The notes: a model not told the origin generated them from the sequence alone. Numbered from the stretch's first letter, positions 11,269-21,233 are shown. The stretch is 64,000 bases of DNA from an uncultured Burkholderiales bacterium (GCA_937944385.1 CALDYQ010000018.1:1832-65831); one strand, 5' to 3'. Program-made: numbers and translations.

Positions 11269-11468
11269 CCATCGAAGCCAAACTCCTCGAAATCCTCGTC
11301 TGCCCGGTGACCAAGGGTCCGCTCGTGTATGACCGCGAGCGCAACGAGCTGCTTTCGCGCTCGGCGCGTCTCGCCTACCCGATCCGCGATGGCATTCCGG
11401 TGATGCTCGAAGAAGAGGCGCGACCGCTCACGGACGAAGAGATCGAGCGGCTCGCAGCCAAGCCGTGA
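11265..11468 (+). CDS. ycaR: Trm112-family protein (YcaR-like)
   Basis: [20 protein letters not shown]...[13 protein letters not shown]; ATG overlaps the lpxK stop; canonical position between lpxK and kdsB. Confidence 0.93.
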   Translation: MTIEAKLLEILVCPVTKGPLVYDRERNELLSRSARLAYPIRDGIPVMLEEEARPLTDEEIERLAAKP

Positions 11469-12295
11469 GCGACCTGTCGACTCACCGGGCAGAAGGCGTG
11501 CTTCACGTCGAGCAAGCGATCGCCTTCGATGTCGTGATCCCGGCGCGCTATGGCTCGAGTCGGCTTCCGGGAAAGCCTCTGCTCGACCTCGGGGGGCAGC
11601 CTGTGGTCGTGCGCGTAGCCGAGCAGGCGCGGCGCTCCGCTGCCGCGCGGGTCATCGTGGCAACCGACGACCCCCGCATCGAGGCGGCCTGCGTTGGTCA
11701 TGGGATCGATGTCGTGCGCACCGCCGCCACGCACGAGACCGGCACGGATCGTCTGGCCGAGGTCGCGGCCCGGCTGGATCTCCCTGCCGACCGGGTGGTG
11801 GTCAATGTGCAGGGCGACGAGCCCTTTCTTCCCCCCGAGATGATCGATCGGGTGGCGCGGCTTTTGGTCGCTCACCCGCAGGCGGCGCTCGCGACCCTGT
11901 GCCACCCGATTCATGCCGTGGCCGAGATCGCGAACCCGAATGTGGTCAAGGTCGTACTCTCGGGGCAGGGCGAGGCGATCTACTTCAGCCGCGCGCCGAT
12001 CCCTTGGGCGCGGGATGCGTGGCGCGATGGCATCGCCACGCTTCCGGCCGATCTGCCGATCCACCGCCACATCGGTCTGTATGCCTACCGGGCGCACTTC
12101 CTGCGGGCGTTTCCCGGACTGGCACGCCCGGCGATCGAGCGCCACGAATCGCTCGAGCAACTGCGGGCGCTCTGGAACGGCTACCGCATCGTCTGCGATG
12201 TGATCGACGCCCCGTTGCCGCCGGGCATCGACACCCGCGAGGATTACACCGCGGCGCAGGCGCGCTTCACTTCGCAGGCTCTTCGAGCACCTTGA
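11465..12295 (+). CDS. kdsB: 3-deoxy-manno-octulosonate cytidylyltransferase
   Basis: [49 protein letters not shown]. Confidence 0.97.
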   Translation: MSDLSTHRAEGVLHVEQAIAFDVVIPARYGSSRLPGKPLLDLGGQPVVVRVAEQARRSAAARVIVATDDPRIEAACVGHGIDVVRTAATHETGTDRLAEVAARLDLPADRVVVNVQGDEPFLPPEMIDRVARLLVAHPQAALATLCHPIHAVAEIANPNVVKVVLSGQGEAIYFSRAPIPWARDAWRDGIATLPADLPIHRHIGLYAYRAHFLRAFPGLARPAIERHESLEQLRALWNGYRIVCDVIDAPLPPGIDTREDYTAAQARFTSQALRAP

Positions 12296-12668
12296 CCCGC
12301 GTGACGTAGTACCGCGTGTCACCGAAGCACGACGTGGGCAGACCGACCTTCTCCTCGTAATGGAGCGCCACGCGGCGACCGGCCAGGCGGTTGATCTCGG
12401 AGGCGACCGCATCATCCCAGACCGTGAACGGGAACTTTTCCGGCAGACCGCCGGGCAGCACGATCATGTTCATTTCGCCCTCCCAGGTCTTGCAGATCCA
12501 GCCTTTCTTGGACAGCTTCTGGACGATGCCCACACGCTCGCCGCTGGAATAGCTCCAGTTCCACATGAGGAATCCATAGCCGATCGCGAGCAGGATCAGC
12601 ACGATCGGAAACACGACGAAGACGTAGCCGCCTTGGAGGTGTCCATGGCGCGGTGAGTAATGATTCAT
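12267..12668 (-). CDS. Conserved hypothetical single-pass membrane protein (YS-G-R-G...KKGW-CKTWEGE family)
   Basis: One N-terminal TM helix then WSYSSGERVGIVQKLSKKGWICKTWEGE; coding-like codon bias. Start set at ATG 12668. Confidence 0.75.
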   Translation of the reverse strand: MNHYSPRHGHLQGGYVFVVFPIVLILLAIGYGFLMWNWSYSSGERVGIVQKLSKKGWICKTWEGEMNMIVLPGGLPEKFPFTVWDDAVASEINRLAGRRVALHYEEKVGLPTSCFGDTRYYVTRVKVLEEPAK

Positions 12669-12688
12669 GTCGCGCTTGGGCAAGCAAC

Positions 12689-12718
12689 TTGCCGAAAAGA
12701 CCCGTTTGGAGCGATAAT
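12689..12718 (+). promoter_or_regulatory. Candidate sigma70 promoter for the 12.74-13.15 kb unit
   Basis: TTGCCG (12689-12694), 18 bp spacer, GATAAT (12713-12718). Confidence 0.35.
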
Positions 12719-12906
12719 ACGGGTTGTTCAGTATCACTGTGCTCGCAACTCCATTACGCGCACATCGGCGGCAGCCGCGGTGTCGTAGCGCGTCGGCATC
12801 TGACCGTGCCAGCGTAATGAGGGCTGTCGCCGCGTGTCGCCTGTGGGTGAAGACTCACATTGGCCTCGGGACGACGCCCGCCGCCGCGAGCTGAGTCAGG
12901 GTGACG

Positions 12907-13155
12907 ATGGATCCGAACCAGATCGCCAAGTTTCGTCAACAGACCATGACGCCGCGCAAGCGTTCCGTTGCGGGAAGCTGGACCCGCCTGTGCGGCACGT
13001 GCAAACAGCCCGCCATCATCCGCGGGGGCAAGACCCGCAAGGTCGCCGGTCGCACCGTATTCACGTGCGCTGGCTGCCTGGCCAAGCTCGCCGAAAAGGC
13101 GGCCGGAGCCTCTGAGGCAGCGGGCGCGGCAAAAACCGGCACCGGCGCAGACTGA
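12907..13155 (+). CDS. Small basic hypothetical protein with two CxxC pairs (putative Zn ribbon)
   Basis: 82 aa from ATG 12907: CGTC...CAGC, strong G/C third-position bias, AGGG 5 nt upstream of the ATG. Confidence 0.65.
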   Translation: MDPNQIAKFRQQTMTPRKRSVAGSWTRLCGTCKQPAIIRGGKTRKVAGRTVFTCAGCLAKLAEKAAGASEAAGAAKTGTGAD

Positions 13156-13256
13156 CGCCGACGGCCGCCGGGCGCGATACGCTCGCGGACTGAGCGTTCC
13201 GCCATTCGAAGTCTAGAGCAGAAACCGCTCACGATCCTTCGGCGGCATCGACCACC

Positions 13257-13287
13257 GAAACAAAGCAGGCGCCCGTGGGCGCCTGCT
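13257..13287 (-). terminator. Rho-independent terminator downstream of the Bug gene
   Basis: Perfect inverted repeat AGCAGGCGCCC-GT-GGGCGCCTGCT (13264-13287) followed on the minus strand by TTGTTTC. Confidence 0.75.
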
Positions 13288-13318
13288 CGTTCTGTCGCCA
13301 ATGACGGCTGCGGTCGAA

Positions 13319-14299
13319 TCAGTCCGCGTAGACCTTCGCTGCCTGGATGATCGGGCTCCATTTGCTCGTTTCTGCAGCGAGCAAGGCCTTTGCCCCTGCT
13401 GAGGTCTGACGCTCCGCGGGCATGATTTCCGCGCCCAGTTCCTTCATCTTGCTGGCAAACGCCGGCTCCTTGATCGCGGCCTGAAGCGCCTTCTCCAGCA
13501 CGGCGACGACGTTGGCCGGCGTGCCTTTCGGCGCGTACAGGACGTGCCAGATCCCGACTTCGAAGCCGGGGATTTCCGAAGCCATCGGCGGCAGGTCGGG
13601 GAAGTTCGCCAGTTTTCCCTTGCTCGTCACGGCGTAGGCTTTGACACGCCCGCCCTTGATTTGCCCGGTGGTGTTCGTGGTCTGGTCGCACAGGAGATCG
13701 ACCTGACCGCCCAAGAGCGCCGTCATCGCTGGTCCGGTGCCCTGGAACGGCACCGTGGTCAGTTCGGTCTTGAGGGCGCTCTGCAACAGCAATCCGCACA
13801 GGTGCGACGCCGAACCGATGCCCGCGTTGGCGAGGTTGATTTTCTCCTTGTTCGCACGGACGTAGGTCAGGAGGTCTTTGAGGTTGGCAGGCCCCATCGC
13901 AGGCTTGCTGATCAGCGTCATCGGCACGTCGACCACGGCGCCGATCGGAATCAGATCCTCCTGGGGCTTGAAGTCGAGCTTGCGATAGAGCGCGGGCGCC
14001 GTGGCCATGCCAATGTGGTGGAAGAGCAGGGTGTAGCCGTCACCGCTCGCCTGGGCTACGCGTCTCGCGCCAACGGTGCCGCCTGCGCCAGCGGTGTTTT
14101 CGACCACAACCGTGCCTTTCAAGTGCGGCGCCATCGCCTGCGCGAGGGTGCGCGCGACGACATCGGTCGGGCCACCCGCTGCAAAGGGAACGACGATCGT
14201 GACCGGCTTCTCGGGATAGGCTGACGCCGCGCCGCTCACAAGGGCCACGGTCAGCGCCGAGGCGACTGCGGCAAGGGGACGCCAGGACTTTCTGAACAT
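13319..14299 (-). CDS. Bug/TctC tripartite tricarboxylate transporter substrate-binding protein
   Basis: Signal peptide; YPEKPVTIVVPFAAGGPTDVVAR, VENTAGAGGTVGA, VPFQGTGPAMTALLGGQVD; AGGAG RBS before ATG 14299. Confidence 0.95.
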   Translation of the reverse strand: MFRKSWRPLAAVASALTVALVSGAASAYPEKPVTIVVPFAAGGPTDVVARTLAQAMAPHLKGTVVVENTAGAGGTVGARRVAQASGDGYTLLFHHIGMATAPALYRKLDFKPQEDLIPIGAVVDVPMTLISKPAMGPANLKDLLTYVRANKEKINLANAGIGSASHLCGLLLQSALKTELTTVPFQGTGPAMTALLGGQVDLLCDQTTNTTGQIKGGRVKAYAVTSKGKLANFPDLPPMASEIPGFEVGIWHVLYAPKGTPANVVAVLEKALQAAIKEPAFASKMKELGAEIMPAERQTSAGAKALLAAETSKWSPIIQAAKVYAD

Positions 14300-14451
14300 G
14301 CTCGATCTCCTGTACTTCGTTGGTATGGTTCGCATAGAGGCTGCCCCCGCTGGCTGCGGGCGCTGCTCGAGGACAATGGGTGCGAGGCTCGCTCTATTCC
14401 GCCCATCGACCACGTGAGCCGCGATTGTAGGAATCGCTGCTGTCAGCGCTC

Positions 14452-15921
14452 TCAGGGGTTGACCCGCGAGGCAGCGCGATCGGGAGCCGTGCGATCACTC
14501 AACGCCAGGGCCGCATCCAGGGACGACACGGGTTTCCACTCAAGCAACCACCCGGGCTCGCGGGCGTAGCGGGCATCGACCGCGAGACCCGCGACCGCGA
14601 TCACGTGCTCGTCGTCGCAGATCAGTGGCCAGTGCGCACGCTGCCAAGGCGGGATGGCGTGGGTCTGAAATACGTTCTTGAGCGCCACATGGCCGCTTCG
14701 TTCGTTGAGCCGGATACGGTCGCCCGGGTGACGAAGTCGCAGCCGCCAGCCTGCCCGTCCTTGCGTCGATGGCGGCGTGAGAAGCATTGGCCGAGGAGTT
14801 CGCGCCTCCCGCTCGACGAGCAAGACCCGAAGTTCCCCGTGCGTTGTGCGCCACGTCCCCGGCGCCGAGATGTGGGAGGGCAGGACGCTCTCTGCGCAGT
14901 CGGCGCCGCCGTTTGGTGGCGTAAGCGATGTTGCGATCGAGGCCCGACCGCGAAACGTGCAGAGCTCGAGCGGCCTTTCGTCATCAAGCGACGGGAGCGA
15001 TAGCCGAAGCCCGCTGCCCACGTGCTCGAGCTGTCGCGCCATTTCTTCGACCGCATGCCAGCCCGGGTTGGCTGCACCGGCATCGACGAGCCAGCGCCGG
15101 AGCGCGTTTCGCCGTCGGGAGGGTGAGAGACGTTGCCAGGCGTCGAGCACGAGCGCCCCTTCGGCGAGGCAGCAGCCCAGATCGAGTTGAGCGAGTTCCT
15201 CGATCAGCCGTGCCGCTTCTACCTGTTGTCGTGCGGCGCTCACGATCTGCGCCACGCCGTCGGGAAAGCAAGCGTGAAGCGCTGGCCAGATGTGCTCGCG
15301 CAAGCACGCTCGTGCAAGGCGCGTATCGGCATTGCTCGGGTCATTCACTCCGTCGATCGCATGGGCCTCGGCATAGCGTTTGATGGCCTTGCGGTCGAGC
15401 GCGAGCAGTGGGCGTTCGAGCGCAATCCTGCCCAGCATGCGCCGCGCTGGCATACCGGAGAGTGCGCGTGGCCCCCCGCCGCGGAGCAGTTGTAGGAGCA
15501 CGGTCTCCGCCTGATCGTTCGCGTGATGAGCCAGCACGATGCAGTCGGTCGCCAGTCGTCCGAATGAGGCGTAACGGGCCTGTCGAGCCGCTGCCTCGAC
15601 GCCGCGGCCAGAGTCGACGTCGACCTTGACCCGCTCGGTCGAGCAGGGCACGCCGAGCCCAGCACAGAGCTGCTCGACGTGTCCGAGCCAGGCATCCGCC
15701 TCGGGCAGCAGGCCATGATGGACATGGTGCGCGGCGAGTCTCAGGTCGGGGCGCATCCCCACGCGTGCTCTCGCGAGCGCGTGCAGGAGGACGCTCGAAT
15801 CGAGGCCGCCCGAGCAGCCGACCGTGATGTGTTCACCGTGGGGGCGGCCGCGAATCCACGCGGCGACGGTCAGTGCGACCGAGCAGCCGTCCCCGCGCTC
15901 AGGCTTCGGCGAAGGCGCCAT
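14452..15921 (-). CDS. tilS: tRNA(Ile)-lysidine synthetase
   Basis: [15 protein letters not shown]-loop, [25 protein letters not shown]; directly downstream of accA. Confidence 0.94.
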   Translation of the reverse strand: MAPSPKPERGDGCSVALTVAAWIRGRPHGEHITVGCSGGLDSSVLLHALARARVGMRPDLRLAAHHVHHGLLPEADAWLGHVEQLCAGLGVPCSTERVKVDVDSGRGVEAAARQARYASFGRLATDCIVLAHHANDQAETVLLQLLRGGGPRALSGMPARRMLGRIALERPLLALDRKAIKRYAEAHAIDGVNDPSNADTRLARACLREHIWPALHACFPDGVAQIVSAARQQVEAARLIEELAQLDLGCCLAEGALVLDAWQRLSPSRRRNALRRWLVDAGAANPGWHAVEEMARQLEHVGSGLRLSLPSLDDERPLELCTFRGRASIATSLTPPNGGADCAESVLPSHISAPGTWRTTHGELRVLLVEREARTPRPMLLTPPSTQGRAGWRLRLRHPGDRIRLNERSGHVALKNVFQTHAIPPWQRAHWPLICDDEHVIAVAGLAVDARYAREPGWLLEWKPVSSLDAALALSDRTAPDRAASRVNP

Positions 15922-16864
15922 ACCGCGCCAGCCGCTCGCGGCGGTTTTTGAGCCGCTCGGTGGCGGTCATCGCCGTGAGGCGTTCGAGCTCGCCCATCAG
16001 GGCCTCCCGCAGATTGCCCATCGCGGCGACCGGATCGCGGTGCGCACCTCCGCAGGGCTCGGCGACCACGGCATCGATGAGCCCGAGCGCCTTGAGTTTC
16101 TGCGCGGTGATGCCGAGGCTCTCGGCGGCCTCCGGAGCGCGCTCGGCGCTCTTCCACAGGATCGATGCGCACCCTTCAGGTGAAATGACCGAGTAGGTCG
16201 CGTACTGGAGCATCAGCGTCACATCGCCGACCGCGAGCGCGAGCGCGCCGCCCGAGCCGCCTTCGCCGATCACCGTGGCGAGGATCGGCACCTTGAACTG
16301 CGCCATCTCGAAGAGGTTGCGGCCGATCGCTTCCGACTGCCCCCGCTCCTCGGCGCCGACGCCCGGGTAGGCACCCGGCGTGTCGATGAAGGTGAAGATC
16401 GGCAGACCGAACTTCTCGGCGAGGCGCATGAGCCGGAGTGCCTTACGGTAGCCCTCGGGGCGCGGCATGCCCCAGTTGCGCAGGACCTTCTCCTTGGTGT
16501 CGCGACCCTTCTGGTGGCCGATCACCATGCAGTTTCGGCCCTCGAAGCGTGCGAGCCCGCCGACGATGGCCGGGTCATCGGCGAAACAGCGGTCACCGTG
16601 CAGTTCGCGGAACTCCGTGAACAGCCCCTGCAGGTAATCGAGCGTGTAGGGGCGCTGCGGGTGCCGTGCCACCTGGGCGATCTGCCATGGCGTCAACTTG
16701 GCGTAGATCGAGCGGTTGAGGTCGGTGAGCTTCTTCCGGAGCTTCTTGATTTCGTCGGAGACATCGAGCTGATCGACACCCTCGTGCAGCGCTTCCAGCT
16801 CGTCGATGCGTGCCTGCAGCTCGGCGAGCGGCTGCTCGAAATCGAGGTAGGTTTGTTTGGGCAT
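15899..16864 (-). CDS. accA: Acetyl-CoA carboxylase carboxyltransferase alpha subunit
   Basis: [55 protein letters not shown]. Confidence 0.98.
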   Translation of the reverse strand: MPKQTYLDFEQPLAELQARIDELEALHEGVDQLDVSDEIKKLRKKLTDLNRSIYAKLTPWQIAQVARHPQRPYTLDYLQGLFTEFRELHGDRCFADDPAIVGGLARFEGRNCMVIGHQKGRDTKEKVLRNWGMPRPEGYRKALRLMRLAEKFGLPIFTFIDTPGAYPGVGAEERGQSEAIGRNLFEMAQFKVPILATVIGEGGSGGALALAVGDVTLMLQYATYSVISPEGCASILWKSAERAPEAAESLGITAQKLKALGLIDAVVAEPCGGAHRDPVAAMGNLREALMGELERLTAMTATERLKNRRERLARYGAFAEA

Positions 16865-16908
16865 GGCGCGGATTGTAGGAGTGCTTCCCTCCCGTGCCCC
16901 GCGCAGCC

Positions 16909-17280
16909 TCAGGGGTGCTCGGCGTCCGATCGCTCGGACGACGGCGGCACCCTGACGGGGCGTTCGCCCGTCTCGGGCAGCGGTGCGAAGCGGGCGACGA
17001 GCATCATGAGCCCGGCGAAGATCATGAGCAGAGGAACGATCAGACGCGAGCGCCAGCCCAATTCGACGTAGCCGTACGCCGCCACGCCGAAGGCCGTGAG
17101 GAGCGGCGCGGTGACCAGGCTCTTGCGGGTGAGCCCGTCGAGCGCGAAGACCGCGCCACCGGCGACGACGAAGGCGGCTGCGATGAGCGCATCCCACTCG
17201 GGCAGCCAGCCCAGGTTCCAGGCGGAAAGTAGCAGGCCACCGGCAATTGAGGTGATGGGAACGGTGGCGTCGCGAAGCAA
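16909..17280 (-). CDS. Small hypothetical integral membrane protein (about 4 TM helices)
   Basis: The C-terminal 123 aa of ORF 16909..17703 are hydrophobic and coding-like ([19 protein letters not shown]...[18 protein letters not shown]). Start placed at TTG 17280 by inference. Confidence 0.65.
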   Translation of the reverse strand: MLRDATVPITSIAGGLLLSAWNLGWLPEWDALIAAAFVVAGGAVFALDGLTRKSLVTAPLLTAFGVAAYGYVELGWRSRLIVPLLMIFAGLMMLVARFAPLPETGERPVRVPPSSERSDAEHP

Positions 17281-17380
17281 CCTGCGATCTTCCGTTTTCC
17301 CTGAAACAATCGCCAGGGCGTTGCTGTTTTCCGCCCGTGTCGCCTGCGTTCCGATACCTCTTGAAGTGAAGTTCGAACCT

Positions 17381-18967
17381 ATGCCTGAACCTTCCCCTGA
17401 TGATTCAGCGCGCGTGTCGCGGCGCGACGCGCTGGGCACGCTCGTCGGCGGCTGGCCTGTGATTGCCGTGCTGCCGTCCGGGGCGGCGACGGCTACACCG
17501 CTGGCCAATACTGCTGCCGCGAGTGAGCGGCTCGCCAAGGCACCGCGGGCGCGCGGTCGAGCCTCGTTTGCCAAATGTCTGCCACACGACGACCGTGGCG
17601 ACGCGCCTGCGGAGGCACTCGATGCCCTCGAAGCGGCGACGGTCTCGATGCGCCCTGAGGACTGGGAGCGCCTGCCGACGCGCGGCGTGATCCGGCTGGC
17701 CAATCCTTGGGCGGGATACCTCTGGGATTCCCCGCTGCACAGCGACCCGCTTGCAGCTGCCGTCGAGCCTTTGCCGCCGCCACCGGCGCTCGCTTCCGAG
17801 GAACTGGCCGAGGAGATGCTCGAGTGCTACTGGGCGGCGCTCATCCGGGATGTTCCATTCGCCGACTACGAACGCTCGACGCTCGTCGCTGCCGCCGTCT
17901 CCGAGTTACGAAAAACCCGGCGCTTTGCCGAAGTATCGCCCGAGCGACTGCTACGCGGCCCGGTCGTGCGCGCGTGGCGGGGTCGGTATCTCTCGCAGCT
18001 GCTCTGGATGCCTGTGCCGTATGGGGCACAGCTCATCTGGCAGACCTACCGCGTGCCGTTTCGCGGCGTGGATTTCATGGTCACCTGGGAAGACTATCTC
18101 AAGGTCATCCGGGGCGAGTGGCCACCGGGGATCAAGAACCTTTACTCGGACACCTTCTACCTGCGTAGCGGGCGTGATGTGGCCTGCTACACGCAGATGG
18201 ATCTCGCCACCCAGGCGTTCGTCAATGCCGCGGCGATCCTCTCCTACAACCAGCATGGGCGACGGGACAATCTCGCGCCGACGCATCCCTACAAGGCGAG
18301 CCCGTCGATGGAAGGCTTCGTCACTTATGGTCCAGCGTATGCGATCAACAGCCTTGGGACGATTTCTGACATCGTGCTGCGCGCGACCTGGCACGAGAAA
18401 TGGATGCGCCATCGCGCGCTTCGGCCCGAGGAGTACGGCGCGCTTGTCGAGCGCACGCGGCGCGGCGAAAAGCTCGGCCTACCTCCCTGGCTGCTCGAGA
18501 CGGAGGCGGTCAAGCGAACGGTTGCTCGGCAGGGCAATGCGCTCTTCTCGCAAGTCTTCCCCGAGGGCTGCCCAACACACCCGGCTTATCCCGCGGGCCA
18601 TGCCGCGATCGCCGGCGCGTGTGTGACCGTCTTGAAAGCGCTCTTCGACGAGAACCAGCCGATCCGCTTCCCGATTCAGCCCACGCGCGACGGCCGCGAC
18701 TGGGAAGCGCTCGACCGCGATCAGCCGGTGCCCACGGTGGGCACCGAACTCGACAAGCTCGCGATGAACATCGCCTTTGGCCGCAACTTCGCTGGTGTGC
18801 ATTTCTGGGCGGATTCGTGGTGGGGGCTCGTGCTCGGCGAGCGGGTGGCGATCGCGTGGCTGCGTGAGCAATTGCGGACGAGCATCGAACGCCGCTTCGG
18901 TCGGCTCGCAGGATTCGAGTTCAGTGCCTTCGACGGACGCAAGATACGCATCGGTGCCGATTCGTAG
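17381..18967 (+). CDS. Vanadium-dependent haloperoxidase-like protein (PAP2/haloperoxidase superfamily) with Tat signal
   Basis: Three vanadate/phosphate-binding motifs: [31 protein letters not shown]; [13 protein letters not shown]; N-terminal SRRDALG twin-arginine motif. Start set at ATG 17381. Confidence 0.85.
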   Translation: MPEPSPDDSARVSRRDALGTLVGGWPVIAVLPSGAATATPLANTAAASERLAKAPRARGRASFAKCLPHDDRGDAPAEALDALEAATVSMRPEDWERLPTRGVIRLANPWAGYLWDSPLHSDPLAAAVEPLPPPPALASEELAEEMLECYWAALIRDVPFADYERSTLVAAAVSELRKTRRFAEVSPERLLRGPVVRAWRGRYLSQLLWMPVPYGAQLIWQTYRVPFRGVDFMVTWEDYLKVIRGEWPPGIKNLYSDTFYLRSGRDVACYTQMDLATQAFVNAAAILSYNQHGRRDNLAPTHPYKASPSMEGFVTYGPAYAINSLGTISDIVLRATWHEKWMRHRALRPEEYGALVERTRRGEKLGLPPWLLETEAVKRTVARQGNALFSQVFPEGCPTHPAYPAGHAAIAGACVTVLKALFDENQPIRFPIQPTRDGRDWEALDRDQPVPTVGTELDKLAMNIAFGRNFAGVHFWADSWWGLVLGERVAIAWLREQLRTSIERRFGRLAGFEFSAFDGRKIRIGADS

Positions 18968-18976
18968 AATCGCGGC

Positions 18977-19525
18977 ATGGAGCACCGGGGGAATAACTAC
19001 GGCGGTCAAGGTGGCACCGGTGGTGGCGCAGTCATCGGCGTGGTCATGGGCTCATCCTCCGACTGGGAGGTCATGAAGCACGCCACTGAGATCCTCAAGC
19101 GCTTCGACGTGCCTTTCGAAGCCAAGGTCGTCTCGGCGCACCGGACGCCGGACGACATGTTCGCCTACGCCGAAGCCGCACAGGACCGCGGGCTCAAGGC
19201 GATCATCGCGGGCGCCGGCGGGGCGGCTCACTTGCCGGGGATGCTTGCAGCCAAGACGCTCGTGCCGGTACTCGGGGTGCCGATTCCGTCGAAGTACCTG
19301 CGCGGCGAGGACTCCCTGCTCTCGATCGTGCAGATGCCCAAGGGCATTCCGGTGGCCACCTTCGCGATCGGTGAAGCGGGTGCGGCCAATGCCGCGCTCT
19401 TCGCGGTCGCGATGCTCGGCATCTCGAACAAGGGCTGCATGCAGCTGCTTGACTCCTTCCGTGATGAGCAGACCGCAATGGCGCGCGCGATGATCGTGCC
19501 GCCGGTGATCGCGGACTCCCAGTAA
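18977..19525 (+). CDS. purE: N5-carboxyaminoimidazole ribonucleotide mutase
   Basis: [41 protein letters not shown]. Confidence 0.98.
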   Translation: MEHRGNNYGGQGGTGGGAVIGVVMGSSSDWEVMKHATEILKRFDVPFEAKVVSAHRTPDDMFAYAEAAQDRGLKAIIAGAGGAAHLPGMLAAKTLVPVLGVPIPSKYLRGEDSLLSIVQMPKGIPVATFAIGEAGAANAALFAVAMLGISNKGCMQLLDSFRDEQTAMARAMIVPPVIADSQ

Positions 19526-19534
19526 GCGCTTGCA

Positions 19535-20692
19535 GTGAACGCACAGACGCCGCTTGCCCCCGGGAGCTGGCTCGGCTGCCTAGGGGGCGGCCAGCTGGGT
19601 CGTATGTTCGTGCATGCAGCGCAGCGGCTCGGCTATCACGTCTGCGTGCTCGACCCGGATGGGGCGGGCCCGGCTGCACAGGCGGCGGATGACACGATCA
19701 TTGCGGCCTACGACGACGGCCACGCGCTCGACCAGCTGGCCGCCCGCGTGGCCGCGGTGACCACCGAGTTCGAGAACGTCCCCGCCGCATCGCTCGAGCG
19801 TCTCGCTGCGCGGCTGCCTGTGCGTCCGGGCGCTTCGGCCGTGGCGATCGCGCAGGACCGTCGTCGGGAGAAGCGCTTTTTCGCTGCACGCGGGCTGCCG
19901 GTGGGTGCCTTCGCAGTGATCGAGACCGAAGCCGATTTCGCCGCGCTCGATGCAGGGCTCTTCCCAGGGATTTTGAAGACTGCCACGCTGGGCTACGACG
20001 GCAAGGGGCAGGCTCACGTGGCTTCGGTTGAGGAGGTGCGCGCCGCCTGGGTCGCTTTCGGCCGTAGTCCGTGCGTGCTCGAAGCCCGCATGGTCTTCGA
20101 CTGCGAAATTTCCGTGCTCGCCGCGCGTGGAGCCGACGGTGACTGTCGCGTCTGGCCCGTGCAGGAGAACATCCACGCCGGCGGCATCCTCGCCCGAACG
20201 ATCGTTCCGGCACGCATCCCGCCGGCCGTGGCCGAGGCGGCGAAAACGGCAGTGGAGCGGCTCATCGCTGCGCTCGATTACGTCGGCGTGCTCGCGGTTG
20301 AGCTCTTTGTCGTCGGCGGGCAGGTGTTTCTCAATGAGATCGCGCCGCGGCCCCACAACAGCGGGCACTACACGATCGAGGCGTGCCAGACCTCGCAGTT
20401 TGAACAGCAACTCCGGGTGCTCGGTGGGTTGCCGCTCGGCGACCCATCCCTCATCCGACCGGCGGTCATGGTCAACCTGCTTGGCGACGTCTGGTTCGAT
20501 GCGGCCACACCGATCGAGCCCGACTGGTCGCGCCTGCTCGCTCTGCCGGGCGCGCATCTGCACCTCTACGGCAAGGCCGAGCCGCGGCGCGGCCGCAAGA
20601 TGGGGCATGTCACCTGCACGGCCGAGACGCTCGAAGAGGCGCTTGCCACCGCGGCCGAGGTCGAGCGTGTGCTGCGTATCGGTGGGCGCTAG
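19535..20692 (+). CDS. purK: N5-carboxyaminoimidazole ribonucleotide synthase
   Basis: GGGQLGRM, TTEFENVP, GYDGKGQ, NEIAPRPHNSGH, YGKAEPRRGRKMGH. Confidence 0.97.
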   Translation: MNAQTPLAPGSWLGCLGGGQLGRMFVHAAQRLGYHVCVLDPDGAGPAAQAADDTIIAAYDDGHALDQLAARVAAVTTEFENVPAASLERLAARLPVRPGASAVAIAQDRRREKRFFAARGLPVGAFAVIETEADFAALDAGLFPGILKTATLGYDGKGQAHVASVEEVRAAWVAFGRSPCVLEARMVFDCEISVLAARGADGDCRVWPVQENIHAGGILARTIVPARIPPAVAEAAKTAVERLIAALDYVGVLAVELFVVGGQVFLNEIAPRPHNSGHYTIEACQTSQFEQQLRVLGGLPLGDPSLIRPAVMVNLLGDVWFDAATPIEPDWSRLLALPGAHLHLYGKAEPRRGRKMGHVTCTAETLEEALATAAEVERVLRIGGR

Positions 20693-20712
20693 GGCGGCAA
20701 AGGCAGAAGAGC

Positions 20713-21135
20713 ATGGAAAAGTGGATCGTCTTCGCCTTCATTTCCATGTTCTTCGCTGGCTTCACCTCGGTCATTGCCAAGGCCGGGCTTGCTGGCATCT
20801 CGGGCGAACTCGGCCTGGCGGTGCGGACCGTGTTCGTCTTCGGCTTCGTGATTCTGTTTGCGCTCTACGCCGTCCCGCGTGAGGAGGTCGGCCGGCTCAG
20901 TTCACACAACCTGCTTTGGCTCGGCGCCTCGGGTGCGACGACCGCAGCCTCCTGGGTCTTCTATTACAAGGCGCTCAAGGCAGGAGACGTAGCCACGGTC
21001 GCGCTCATCGACAAAGGCAGCGTCGTCGTGGCGATGCTGCTCGCCTGGCTCGTGCTCGGGGAGGCGATCACGTGGCGCTTGATCGCCGGGGCGAGCTTGA
21101 TCGTTGCAGGGCTGCTCGTGATTGCCAAGCGCTGA
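20713..21135 (+). CDS. Single-domain EamA/DMT-family membrane protein
   Basis: 140 aa with about 5 TM helices; TSVIAKAGL, SWVFYYKALKAGDVATVALIDKGS. Confidence 0.85.
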   Translation: MEKWIVFAFISMFFAGFTSVIAKAGLAGISGELGLAVRTVFVFGFVILFALYAVPREEVGRLSSHNLLWLGASGATTAASWVFYYKALKAGDVATVALIDKGSVVVAMLLAWLVLGEAITWRLIAGASLIVAGLLVIAKR

Positions 21136-21233
21136 GCCTCCACCTCCATGGACCCAGCGCGGTGTGCAGTCACTAAGCGCGCGGTGCCGTGCCCGATCTG
21201 GTGCTCTGCCGAGCGCCCCAAGGCCGGGCCCGG

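Noticed and set aside
12267-12668. 6-phosphogluconate dehydrogenase label, which I recall being attached to proteins with this motif
   Set aside because: 133 aa, membrane-anchored, and no Rossmann GxGxxG motif, so it is incompatible with that enzyme.
12796-12823. TPP riboswitch
   Set aside because: GCCAGCGTA resembles the TPP 3' end, but the CUGAGA and CCUGAU core elements are missing and no thiamine gene follows.
12867-12880. Guanidine-II (mini-ykkC) riboswitch
   Set aside because: Only one ACGA-containing loop, and the stem does not close directly on an ACGR tetraloop. The required twin hairpins are absent.
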